Shown piece after piece: positions 7,001 to 14,641 of a stretch of DNA of 35,651 bases; position 1 is the first letter of the stretch; every line of letters starts with the position of its first letter. The notes below the pieces were generated by a model that saw only the letters and a program-made list of their open reading frames with translations, did not search any database and was not told where the DNA came from. Origin of the DNA: Candidatus Woesearchaeota archaeon (GTDB lineage: Archaea > Nanobdellota > Nanobdellia > Woesearchaeales > SKGA01); contig JAFGOT010000027.1 in the NCBI GenBank assembly GCA_016926395.1, positions 1-35,651 on the forward strand. The letters run 5' to 3'. The translations under genes and the position numbers were made by a program.

Positions 7001-9795
7001 CTGATGAGGATGGTTATCCTCTTCAAAATGATAATATAACGCCTGGTTGTTCAAGTTCTGGTTATATTCTTGAAAGATCTGATGGTGCTTGGGATTGTGA
7101 TGATTCGCCTTCAACCGGTTCGGATATTTATCGTTTAGCTAATGTTTGTCCAGATAGTGATTCCGATGGAGTTTATGTTTGTGAATCTTGTGAAACTGAT
7201 GTTTGTGTTGGTGATTTTGTTTCTGACAACTCTAACTATGTTGGTTTTGACGAGTTAACTTATTCTGATTGTAATGATATTAATTCAGAAGATGACTGCG
7301 ATGATGGCAACATAACAATTTATCGTTTAGCAAACATGTGTCCTGATTTTGATGATGATACTCATTATGATTGTGATGCTTGTCAAACTGATGTTTGTGC
7401 TAATGATAATGTTCCTACATCTCATCCTGATTATATTGAATGGACGCAAACGCAATGTTTGGCTGCAGGAGAAACTGATTGTGATGATTCTCAAAGCGAT
7501 AGGTGGAGAGTTTCAACTGTTCACAAAGATGATGATTATGATGGTTATTATGATTGTGCTAATCCTTTAGTTGATCAATGTATTGGTTGTGATGATCCTA
7601 ATGATGGTTTTTGTAAAGATTCTTACATGCCTGTTGATTCTTATGGTGTTACTTACACTGATGATTATGCATCAACTTGTACTTATGACAACGCTATAAG
7701 TGATTGTAATGATAATGATGTTTTGCTTTATCATTTATGTTGTAATAATGCAAATAGTTATGAGTTCAAAAAATCAAGTCCAACTTATACTTTTGATTCT
7801 TCTAAAACTAACACTATTCTTTACAAAGTAAGAATGGATAATTATGATACTAGTTGGACAAATGGTGAACCTAGAATTGATGGTAACGATTGGCCTTTCA
7901 ATAATGTTGATTGGTCATTAGCTACATACACTTCTGATGGTAAGACTTTATTTGACAAAAGCATTTACGGATGTGCGGCTTCTAGTACTGCTAGTGTTTA
8001 TTATGATGTTGGTCCTGGAAACGTTGTTGTTGTTGAAAATAATGGTGGTGTGAATTTCATTTCTCATGATGGTTCTGCAAAGGACAGAGTAACTAAAGCA
8101 ACAAACACTTATTGTGATTCTAAAGGTTGTCCTTGGGTTGATTGTGACAACAATGCTGCCTCTGCATCTCAATGTGGTTATCCTTTCTTATTGGAAGGTA
8201 AGTCGTTGAAGTCTGGCTGGAATACTTTGAGTGATAATGGTTTATATAATCCTGATGACTCTGCTGAACGAGGTTTTGGTGGTTATACTGATTATGATGG
8301 TACTGCTTATGATGTGCGTCAAACAAGAAATGAATCTTGTGGTGATGATATGATTGCAGGTAGTTCTGAGTATGCAACTATTGGTTTCTGTGAGGCAAGT
8401 ACTGATTATAGAAGACTTTGTTGTGTAAGCCCTAACATGTATAACATGGATGGTATTTGTGTTGCTTACGATCAATGTCCTGATGTTATGGAATCTGCTC
8501 CTGTTTGGATTGATAGTTTGTCTCAAGCAGAATATGATTCTTACGTTGCAATTTTAGCTGTTTCTGGTGATGGTTACTGTTGTGATAATGAAGGTCCAAG
8601 TGTGGGAAAAGAATTATGTGTTGCTAGTGAAAAGGGTTGTTACATAAAAACAGCATCTCTAGCTGAAACTCCAATTCCTAAACCTGGTTATGTTCAAAAT
8701 TGGAATGATTGTCCTGCTGGTTCTTGTGCTCTTGAACTTTGTAGCTCTGCGACCAATTATTCTCTTTGTGAAAAATCAACTACTTGTGAATCCGAAGTGT
8801 ATAAGTTATACGTTCCTGGTATTACAAATCTAAAAGAGTGTCATCCAATTTCTGGTGGTTTATCTATTACTGCAGAGAAAGCTGCTTCTTATCCTTCGAT
8901 GCAAGCTGGTTGTGATGAATCCAGTTGTGAACGAGTTACTGAAACTATTTGTACTCTTGACACGTCTAGTAATTCATGTTATGCTCTTTGTAATGATGAT
9001 AAATCCGAATGCGAACTTGTTTGCGCTCAATCTGATTACACTTGTAGTAATGTTGAAACTTTAAGAAATTGTGAAGATCCATCTTGTGTTTATGATAATA
9101 CTAATCCTGTAATTTCATATAGATACAATGTTGATACAACACAATCCTTATCTTGTGAATCTGACTACTTTACTGAATGTAATGAGTTTGGTTGTGCTCC
9201 TCCAAAATATTGTGGTGGAATTCCTCCAGATGGAACTTTAGAGTATTTTGCAAACTGCGGTGCATATCCTCCTCTTTATACACATAATGTTGTTTGCGAT
9301 GAACACGTATCTTGTAGTAATCATGATTGTAATGAGTCTCAAGCATTAAACAGTGCTGACAATTTAGTTTGTCTTCCTGAAGTTACTGGTGCTTTAGATG
9401 TTGAGGGTAATAATTATCCAAAACTTGCAATGAATGATAACTTAGACACTCTTCAATGTTCTCCTGAGACGACAATAAAAGTTAAAGGTCAGCCTTTCTG
9501 TCCAGAAGGATTTGATTATGATGTGACTAACACCCGTTGTATTAAATCAACATATAATTGTGATTATGGTTATCGAGGAGCATTGGTTAATGGTTGTGAT
9601 AATTTAACTAGAGAAAATGATCCTTACTTAATGTATACTTCTGGTTGTTTCCAAGATTCTTCAGGCTTAGATATTGATTCAGTAAATGATTTGAATGCCA
9701 AGGCTTGTTGTCTAGATTATAGCATCGTTTCTGGTAGTGACATTTATGATGTTTACACCATTGAATCTGGTGAAGAATACATAAGAATCTATTAA
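4030..9795 (+). CDS. Giant (~1920 aa) secreted Cys/Asp/Gly-rich surface protein with repeated DxDxDG and DC(D/N)D putative metal-binding motifs
   Basis: N-terminal signal peptide (NNKILIFALLTVLFIGLSSSFVSA); start may be GTG 4033 or ATG 4042. PPC-like strand LSLPPGVYYIAVAG at ~4684-4726. Very Cys-rich thereafter. Repeats such as YYLDNDGDGSG...GDCDDDDP lie at ~6480-7720. Confidence 0.85.
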   Translation: MVRFMNNKILIFALLTVLFIGLSSSFVSAAAAADCSTSQASDESLSTSNAASTGLKFGFYGGVSNFWGTARPSYYLDRIKDATVTSSDISQVFNYYPSTLYGYAYNTLTGGVHYDYDCEMGYRAGTYIYGYPGKLTVKLWSDGTEGGRLQSTFDKPQAFVGVQVYELYDGAGYDPIWGLMGSVSSNNPVSVGQLLANPISSSPLHLSGVGDQGSVYEYLSLPPGVYYIAVAGGHNNRNEDWNDDYETEISLSGTYKSFSHLLEDETDIKNNLPLTYFKSYPSLCELAGGAHIKNTGVSTSDIVSGEIYCCGARNDDVGKFNYQYRCDYVDGEYVWTNLCELDYDSLTGDSKTRASSCLVCEADSIDGENYAGYCIGEGFDVYCDNSQTKSCSNFDDDRSKCLLAGCGTFVPGTQCECSGVDCSSGEVFVEPIGSAPGSAGCYTASEMQATFGVSDYCDSVCAHTDGTDYPSVVIDYTDGDCGGTSSYTCNFANDNTCLALDCRLRDDAANYYYSIPSGCYENTYIRNNKPECFAVGCGWKCRTSDGNCDTSIDCTIGNHCSDDHDPDELDSRTCHSDATKCIVGYYDGYINGGSAFSSNDHVEVGVGTYVCAEDETGVGVYKQCGIYLEPYSYGSCTSTSAEFTCTGTPDPQVCKSSTLYCSNEWIDGPRTASSCTSINGNCHYSEGQCYDSDGGSGGGAYAGIFNDVSIPLVSGFTFETCPEAGTQSVCEAMGCSWSPATCTGTYTKSCSGTPPCASWCYADPSFTSCTGLSYAQCTTGCTRSCKVTGFGSAVNKYTNSNLALRESACDCAGDVWETCYIDSDEDGFPSSSQTNLCVGSDYVEGEAFAPSADPDNLYFCGSYTGVWDCDDNDDSVYPLPYYLDNDGDGSGDSSMEDLLCSPPSGWVDVGGDCDDDDPCLVPWNIWYYDGDDDGFYNSTVDSTDSCTPLTNYVTNRAECSSEDFYVSSLLPDCDDSISSCTSNCNTGYRDADEDGYPLQNDNITPGCSSSGYILERSDGAWDCDDSPSTGSDIYRLANVCPDSDSDGVYVCESCETDVCVGDFVSDNSNYVGFDELTYSDCNDINSEDDCDDGNITIYRLANMCPDFDDDTHYDCDACQTDVCANDNVPTSHPDYIEWTQTQCLAAGETDCDDSQSDRWRVSTVHKDDDYDGYYDCANPLVDQCIGCDDPNDGFCKDSYMPVDSYGVTYTDDYASTCTYDNAISDCNDNDVLLYHLCCNNANSYEFKKSSPTYTFDSSKTNTILYKVRMDNYDTSWTNGEPRIDGNDWPFNNVDWSLATYTSDGKTLFDKSIYGCAASSTASVYYDVGPGNVVVVENNGGVNFISHDGSAKDRVTKATNTYCDSKGCPWVDCDNNAASASQCGYPFLLEGKSLKSGWNTLSDNGLYNPDDSAERGFGGYTDYDGTAYDVRQTRNESCGDDMIAGSSEYATIGFCEASTDYRRLCCVSPNMYNMDGICVAYDQCPDVMESAPVWIDSLSQAEYDSYVAILAVSGDGYCCDNEGPSVGKELCVASEKGCYIKTASLAETPIPKPGYVQNWNDCPAGSCALELCSSATNYSLCEKSTTCESEVYKLYVPGITNLKECHPISGGLSITAEKAASYPSMQAGCDESSCERVTETICTLDTSSNSCYALCNDDKSECELVCAQSDYTCSNVETLRNCEDPSCVYDNTNPVISYRYNVDTTQSLSCESDYFTECNEFGCAPPKYCGGIPPDGTLEYFANCGAYPPLYTHNVVCDEHVSCSNHDCNESQALNSADNLVCLPEVTGALDVEGNNYPKLAMNDNLDTLQCSPETTIKVKGQPFCPEGFDYDVTNTRCIKSTYNCDYGYRGALVNGCDNLTRENDPYLMYTSGCFQDSSGLDIDSVNDLNAKACCLDYSIVSGSDIYDVYTIESGEEYIRIY

Positions 9796-9818
9796 GGTTC
9801 TTTTTTTATTTTATTTTT

Positions 9819-12800
9819 TTATTCTTTAAGAGTTCCTAAACCCGTGTGAGTTTCATCTTTAGTTCTAGAAGTCATCGTTTTGTATATTATATTAACATTA
9901 GCAAAATCTCTAATCATATCATTAATTGTTATATCTGATGCTAATGCACCGTTCATGAAACTCTTATAGTTGCTTGTCTCTGACATATTTCCGAATCTAC
10001 CAAGTAGTTCTCTCATTCCAATTGCATAATGAATGTCTGATGCGGGTTGTCCTTGAGGTACACAAGTAAATGTTATGTCTGCTGTCGAATTAAATCCTAA
10101 GTTATTCGAGAATCCTCCACTATGTGAATCTGTAATCCCTGCTTTGTCGGTTACTGACTCTGCATTGATTCCCATTTCATCTCTTACTGACTCCATGTAT
10201 TCAGGATCGTTTAAATCAACTTGTGGTACTCCAATTGAAGCTCGCGGTGTATCAACAACGATTATATTATATGGTAAACCAGTGTGTGTTTGGATAAAGT
10301 TACCTAATTCTACTGGCCAGTCTGGATTATCAGAATTTGGAGTGTTATATACTCGCAGTTCATTCCAGTAAGACCAAGGCGCATTATATGTGCTTCCTTG
10401 TAATGATCTTAAGTCGTCTTTATTTATTGTTAGAACAGAATCATTAACTGGGTATGTCCAGCTTTTTTGAATCATGTTTGGATTATAGATTAAAACAGTG
10501 TCTTTGAAATTAGTTAGTTTGTCTTTAACTGGAACAGTTCCCATTTTTATGTTGTATGTTCCACCTACTGGGATGTTATCATGACTAAAATAATTATCAA
10601 CATTAGCTCCTTGAACTACAAAGTCAATGTCGCCAGTTATTCCAACAGGGAATGGTCCTAATCTGTACTCTCCATTAACTGTTGTTGTAGAGTAAACTGT
10701 TCCATCGGTTTCTGTGAATATAACTTCTAGCTCTCCAGCATCCCCATTGTCGCTTGTTTTTCTTTCTCCTTTCAAAACGAATTCTTGTTCAAGAGATGTT
10801 AAAGTTGGTTCTGTAAATACTGTTTGATTTGCACTTAATGATTTAGTCCATGTAGCAGGATAAATAGGTATGTTACCCTCTATTGTTTTTGGTATTACTT
10901 TTAGAGTGTATGTTGTATTTCCTGTTTCATTTACTAAAACTGTATCTGTAATAATTTGCCCGTCTAAAACATTAAATATTGTATCTGCAACACCAAGAGT
11001 GTTATTCGTAAATATGAAATCTGCTGTTGTTCCACTTTGCATTAATGGATCATTAAATCTAGTTCTTATCACTCCTTTGTATTCAGTTGGAGGAACTTCT
11101 TCTTTTACTAATTCATAAACTAATTCATTTGCCACTCCTTCGTTTATTGATATTGGTATAGAATCGCTTTTTATGTATCCTGCTCTCTCCATTAATAATT
11201 TTAAATCCAGTGTGTGTCCGGGCATTGTTGTTTGTAGGTTTGTGATTGTATCTTGTAGACTGTTCCCACTCATTAACAACTGCCCATTAAGGAATGCTTT
11301 TACATCAACAGAATCAAGTGCAATTCCACTTGCGCTATCTTTTCCTACAACACCTAATTCGTATAAGTATGTTAGAAGTTGGTTTTCTGTTATTCTGTTT
11401 TCTATTGTTTCTGCTGTTAGGTTTGTTTCTAGTCTGTAATCTGAGTGTTCATCTAGGTTTGATTTTAGTATTATGTTTTTATTTGTGTTTACGTCTTGGA
11501 ATGTTAGTGTGTCAAGAGAATTGTTTCCGGTGTTGCCAGATCCTATTAGTGTTGAATCGCTACTTAGTACTAGCCAATTAACGCCTGGTAAATTGTTTCC
11601 TTCTCCATCTTGAGAATTTATTACTAATTCGTATAAGTATGTTAGAAGTTGGTTTTCTGTTATTCTGTTTTCTATTGTTTCTGCTGTTAGGTTTGTTTCT
11701 AGTCTGTAGTCTGAATGTTCGTTTAGATTTGATTTTAGTATTATGTTTTTGTTTGCGTTTAAGTCTTGGAATAATAATGTGTCAAGAGAATTGCTTCCTG
11801 TATTTCCTTGTCCAATTAACACTGAATCGCTACTTAACACTAACCAATTAACGCCTGGTAAATTGTTTCCTTCTCCGTCTTGAGAATTAATAACTAAAGT
11901 ATACTCTTTTGGTTGTGGATTATTTATTTCTGTGATTTGATATGTTTGATTGAAGTTTCCGTTTGTCAAATTTATTGAATCTAATTTATCTTCTAAATCT
12001 ATTCCACTAAATCTTAAAAAATGTTTTAATGTATCTGGTGTTATTTCATTAAATGCATCAATACTTATGTTTTCAAAACTTACTTGTCCTTGTTCATTTG
12101 AAAATAATTTTAGTGTATCTGTACTATTTTCTTTCCACATTTCTGCTAGTACGTTGTTTAGAGGATTTCCTGTTTGTTCGCTTACTATTGTGGCGTAAAG
12201 GTTAGCGAAAAATTCTTGCTGTTTTGGAGTTAGATTGTGATAATTTTTTATGATGTCTCCTTGGCTTACTTTCCAAAGAGTATCTCTTGCCATTTCTAAA
12301 TAATCGTTTGCAGGGATTTCAACTGCGAAATCAACACTATCTGGTATTAATTTATTTCCTTCTATTGGTTTGATTGCAATATCAGTTATTTGAGCATCTC
12401 CGTTATTGTCTGTGGTGATATTAAATGAATATTGTCCGTCTAAAGAATTAACATTCATGTTTGTATTTTTTTGTATGTTGCCATATTTGTCTTCTAGATT
12501 AAAGAACATGTTCGCAAAGAATTCTGGCCATTTTTGCATTTCAAAATCAAAGTAGTTGGTGTTTTCTAAATCTACTGACTTAACAATCTCAAGAGGTTGA
12601 TATTCGTCAACTTCTTCTGCATCATCTAATCTGAATATGAAATTATTATTTTCTGCCATTCGAGCGCTTTTTTGTCCATTGTTGTTTTCTGATGATTTAT
12701 CAAATTCAATTGTTTGCATTCCATAACTTGGAAGCATTCCTGGAATAATTTTTTTTGCTGGATGAACTCCATCACTGAATAGAAGAACTTGCTCTGGAAC

Positions 12801-13223
12801 ATTCGGTATGTTCATTGTTGCTTGAAATTCATTACTTCCCACTCTTTGAAATTGTGTTCCTGAAATAGTTTGTCCAGCCATATTGTATAAATGGCCATTT
12901 TCAATATTTTGGTTGGTTGTAACGTTGATTCGCATTTGACCTCCTTCATATGTGATGGTCATTTTATCGCCTGAGAATCCAGGAATGTCATTAATTCCTG
13001 TAACTATGTCTTTTAATTCGTAAAAGCCCGAAAAGTCTGTTAATGTGTCTTTTCGTTTAGTTGTGTCATTTTGAGAAATTGCTTCGACAATAATATTTTC
13101 AAGAGCTTGTCCTGAGTTTTTATCTGTGACGTACCCTTGTATATCCTGGCCGTTTGCAAATAATGGTGCCAAAGCTAATGATCCGATTGTGAGTGTTTTC
13201 CAGAATGCTTTTTTCAGGCCCAT
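9819..13223 (-). CDS. Large (1134 aa) secreted multi-beta-sandwich protein with carboxypeptidase-regulatory-like domains and a T9SS-CTD-like segment
   Basis: Signal peptide ends ...PLFANG|Q. IQGYVTDKNSGQALENIIV...TDFSGFYEL resembles CarboxypepD_reg. VTGIND...LYNMAGQTI resembles a T9SS type A sorting domain. Contains an internal 90-aa duplication. Confidence 0.75.
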   Translation of the reverse strand: MGLKKAFWKTLTIGSLALAPLFANGQDIQGYVTDKNSGQALENIIVEAISQNDTTKRKDTLTDFSGFYELKDIVTGINDIPGFSGDKMTITYEGGQMRINVTTNQNIENGHLYNMAGQTISGTQFQRVGSNEFQATMNIPNVPEQVLLFSDGVHPAKKIIPGMLPSYGMQTIEFDKSSENNNGQKSARMAENNNFIFRLDDAEEVDEYQPLEIVKSVDLENTNYFDFEMQKWPEFFANMFFNLEDKYGNIQKNTNMNVNSLDGQYSFNITTDNNGDAQITDIAIKPIEGNKLIPDSVDFAVEIPANDYLEMARDTLWKVSQGDIIKNYHNLTPKQQEFFANLYATIVSEQTGNPLNNVLAEMWKENSTDTLKLFSNEQGQVSFENISIDAFNEITPDTLKHFLRFSGIDLEDKLDSINLTNGNFNQTYQITEINNPQPKEYTLVINSQDGEGNNLPGVNWLVLSSDSVLIGQGNTGSNSLDTLLFQDLNANKNIILKSNLNEHSDYRLETNLTAETIENRITENQLLTYLYELVINSQDGEGNNLPGVNWLVLSSDSTLIGSGNTGNNSLDTLTFQDVNTNKNIILKSNLDEHSDYRLETNLTAETIENRITENQLLTYLYELGVVGKDSASGIALDSVDVKAFLNGQLLMSGNSLQDTITNLQTTMPGHTLDLKLLMERAGYIKSDSIPISINEGVANELVYELVKEEVPPTEYKGVIRTRFNDPLMQSGTTADFIFTNNTLGVADTIFNVLDGQIITDTVLVNETGNTTYTLKVIPKTIEGNIPIYPATWTKSLSANQTVFTEPTLTSLEQEFVLKGERKTSDNGDAGELEVIFTETDGTVYSTTTVNGEYRLGPFPVGITGDIDFVVQGANVDNYFSHDNIPVGGTYNIKMGTVPVKDKLTNFKDTVLIYNPNMIQKSWTYPVNDSVLTINKDDLRSLQGSTYNAPWSYWNELRVYNTPNSDNPDWPVELGNFIQTHTGLPYNIIVVDTPRASIGVPQVDLNDPEYMESVRDEMGINAESVTDKAGITDSHSGGFSNNLGFNSTADITFTCVPQGQPASDIHYAIGMRELLGRFGNMSETSNYKSFMNGALASDITINDMIRDFANVNIIYKTMTSRTKDETHTGLGTLKE
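11358..11897 (-). repeat. In-frame tandem duplication, 2 x 270 bp (90 aa)
   Basis: LVINSQDGEGNNLPGVNWLVLSSDS...ENQLLTYLYE occurs twice. 11355-11438 is identical to 11625-11708, and substitutions cluster in the middle of the unit. Confidence 0.95.
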
Positions 13224-13248
13224 ATTGTTATCTTTTAACCTATTTGTA

Positions 13249-13256
13249 TTTATAAA
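13249..13256 (-). promoter_or_regulatory. TATA box (TTTATAAA) for the 1134-aa gene
   Basis: Lies about 26 nt upstream of the ATG at 13223, so the transcript is probably leaderless. Confidence 0.6.
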
Positions 13257-13291
13257 TGTTTCGATTTATATACTACTGTAAAGTGACAAAT

Positions 13292-14518
13292 TTATTTGCT
13301 TTCGTATATTTTGTCGAAAATAACGTTTGATAAGCTGTCTAGAATGATTGGTGTTAGATATTTTTCAGTTAATTGTTTGGTTTGGTTTTTATTTTCTACT
13401 GTTGTGTATATTACTCTTCCTTGAGCCATTGCATTGTTATTCTCATCAAATTTTTTAGTGTATTTGTAATCAATAAAATTATTTTCTTGTTTGTATGGAA
13501 TAACATCTCCACCTTTTATTTTTAAATCTTGATTTCTTTTAATTTTATTTGCCTTTAACATCATCAAATATATTGCTTTGTCTGATTCATGAATTAATGT
13601 TCCTTTGTTTACTCTTATATCGTAACTTTTCAATGCAAAGTCTATGATGACGACTATTTTGTTTTCATACGTATAAATTCCTGGATTGTTTAAATCTTCT
13701 AGTGTGATAATTTCTAAGTTTGTTTTATTATTTCTTTTTTCTTTTTCTTCTTTTTTGATGTTATATGCTTCTAACCGTTTTTTTGTTAATTCAAAGTATC
13801 CCTCTTGTATTGGGCTTTCTGTTAATTTTGCATATTCTTGGGATTGATTTACAAATTCGAAAATTTCTTCAAAATCTTTGTTGTCTTTTTCTATCATTTC
13901 CTCAAGTCTTTCTTCAAATTTATCTTGGCCTTTCCCAACTGTTTTTTTAAGATCTTCTTCACATTCTTTATCGATAATTAATGCTTTTGTTTTATTTTTA
14001 TAACTTAGAACTAATTTTTCTTTACTCTGTTCTTTGCTTTGTGCGTATTTTAAAGCAGAATAAAGAAACAAATCTATTTGCTTTAGATTTTCTTCATCTA
14101 AATCTCTAATTTGTTTATTATATTCTTTTTTGAATGTTTTTTCTGATTTTAAAATTTCTGAGAAAACATCGTTTCTCTTTGTTTCTAATTTGTTTATCTC
14201 TTCTAGTTTTTTGTTAAAGAAAATCTTTCCATTATCCGACCATTCTTCATCTCGATCTTTTCTTACTAATTCTTTTGCTTTTTCAAAGTCTTGCATATCG
14301 ATATATTTTTGATATTTTAAAGATGCTTCTGTCTCCAAAATTTTCCTATCGAGTCTAATTCTCTCAATTGACAAGTTCATTGTTTTAGCTTTTGCTTTTA
14401 GTTCATTAACTTGTTCTTGGCTAACTCTGTTTTCAGGAATTATTGGTTGAAATGCTTGTTTTGTAGTGCTACAGCTAACTGTTGCGGCTATTATTGCTGC
14501 TAAAGCTAACTTTTTCAT
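13292..14518 (-). CDS. Putative lipoprotein, Lys/Glu-rich coiled-coil, function unknown
   Basis: MKKLALAAIIAATVSC is a short signal with lipobox Cys, followed by a long charged helical region. Confidence 0.75.
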   Translation of the reverse strand: MKKLALAAIIAATVSCSTTKQAFQPIIPENRVSQEQVNELKAKAKTMNLSIERIRLDRKILETEASLKYQKYIDMQDFEKAKELVRKDRDEEWSDNGKIFFNKKLEEINKLETKRNDVFSEILKSEKTFKKEYNKQIRDLDEENLKQIDLFLYSALKYAQSKEQSKEKLVLSYKNKTKALIIDKECEEDLKKTVGKGQDKFEERLEEMIEKDNKDFEEIFEFVNQSQEYAKLTESPIQEGYFELTKKRLEAYNIKKEEKEKRNNKTNLEIITLEDLNNPGIYTYENKIVVIIDFALKSYDIRVNKGTLIHESDKAIYLMMLKANKIKRNQDLKIKGGDVIPYKQENNFIDYKYTKKFDENNNAMAQGRVIYTTVENKNQTKQLTEKYLTPIILDSLSNVIFDKIYESK

Positions 14519-14550
14519 AAAAAAGAGAAATGAAGATTATCTTAATAATC

Positions 14551-14610
14551 TTACGGCTTATACAAAAACTCATCAATCAAATCTTTTGCTTTCTCACGTC
14601 TTGCTTGGTG
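14551..14610 (-). pseudogene. Isolated diverged copy of the trpS 3' end (19 codons plus stop)
   Basis: Translates HQARREKAKDLIDEFLYKP*, versus the TrpRS tail HQKRRKEAENQIEDFLYKPE*. The ungapped match is 11/19 identical. Confidence 0.85.
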
Positions 14611-14641
14611 TCTTCCGTTTAGGAAGGCTCAAAAAATAAGT

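Noticed and set aside
4921-9064. Many alternative-frame and antisense ORFs within the giant gene (also within 9819-13223, trpS, copA, PMM and others)
   Set aside because: Shadow ORFs explained by biased codon usage; no motifs or start signals.
11358-11897. Diversity-generating retroelement TR/VR pair
   Set aside because: Differences are not adenine-specific, both copies are in-frame and adjacent, and no reverse transcriptase is present.
9819-14518. Foreign origin inferred from A-rich codon usage
   Set aside because: All minus-strand genes in the window, including core genes, show the same bias.
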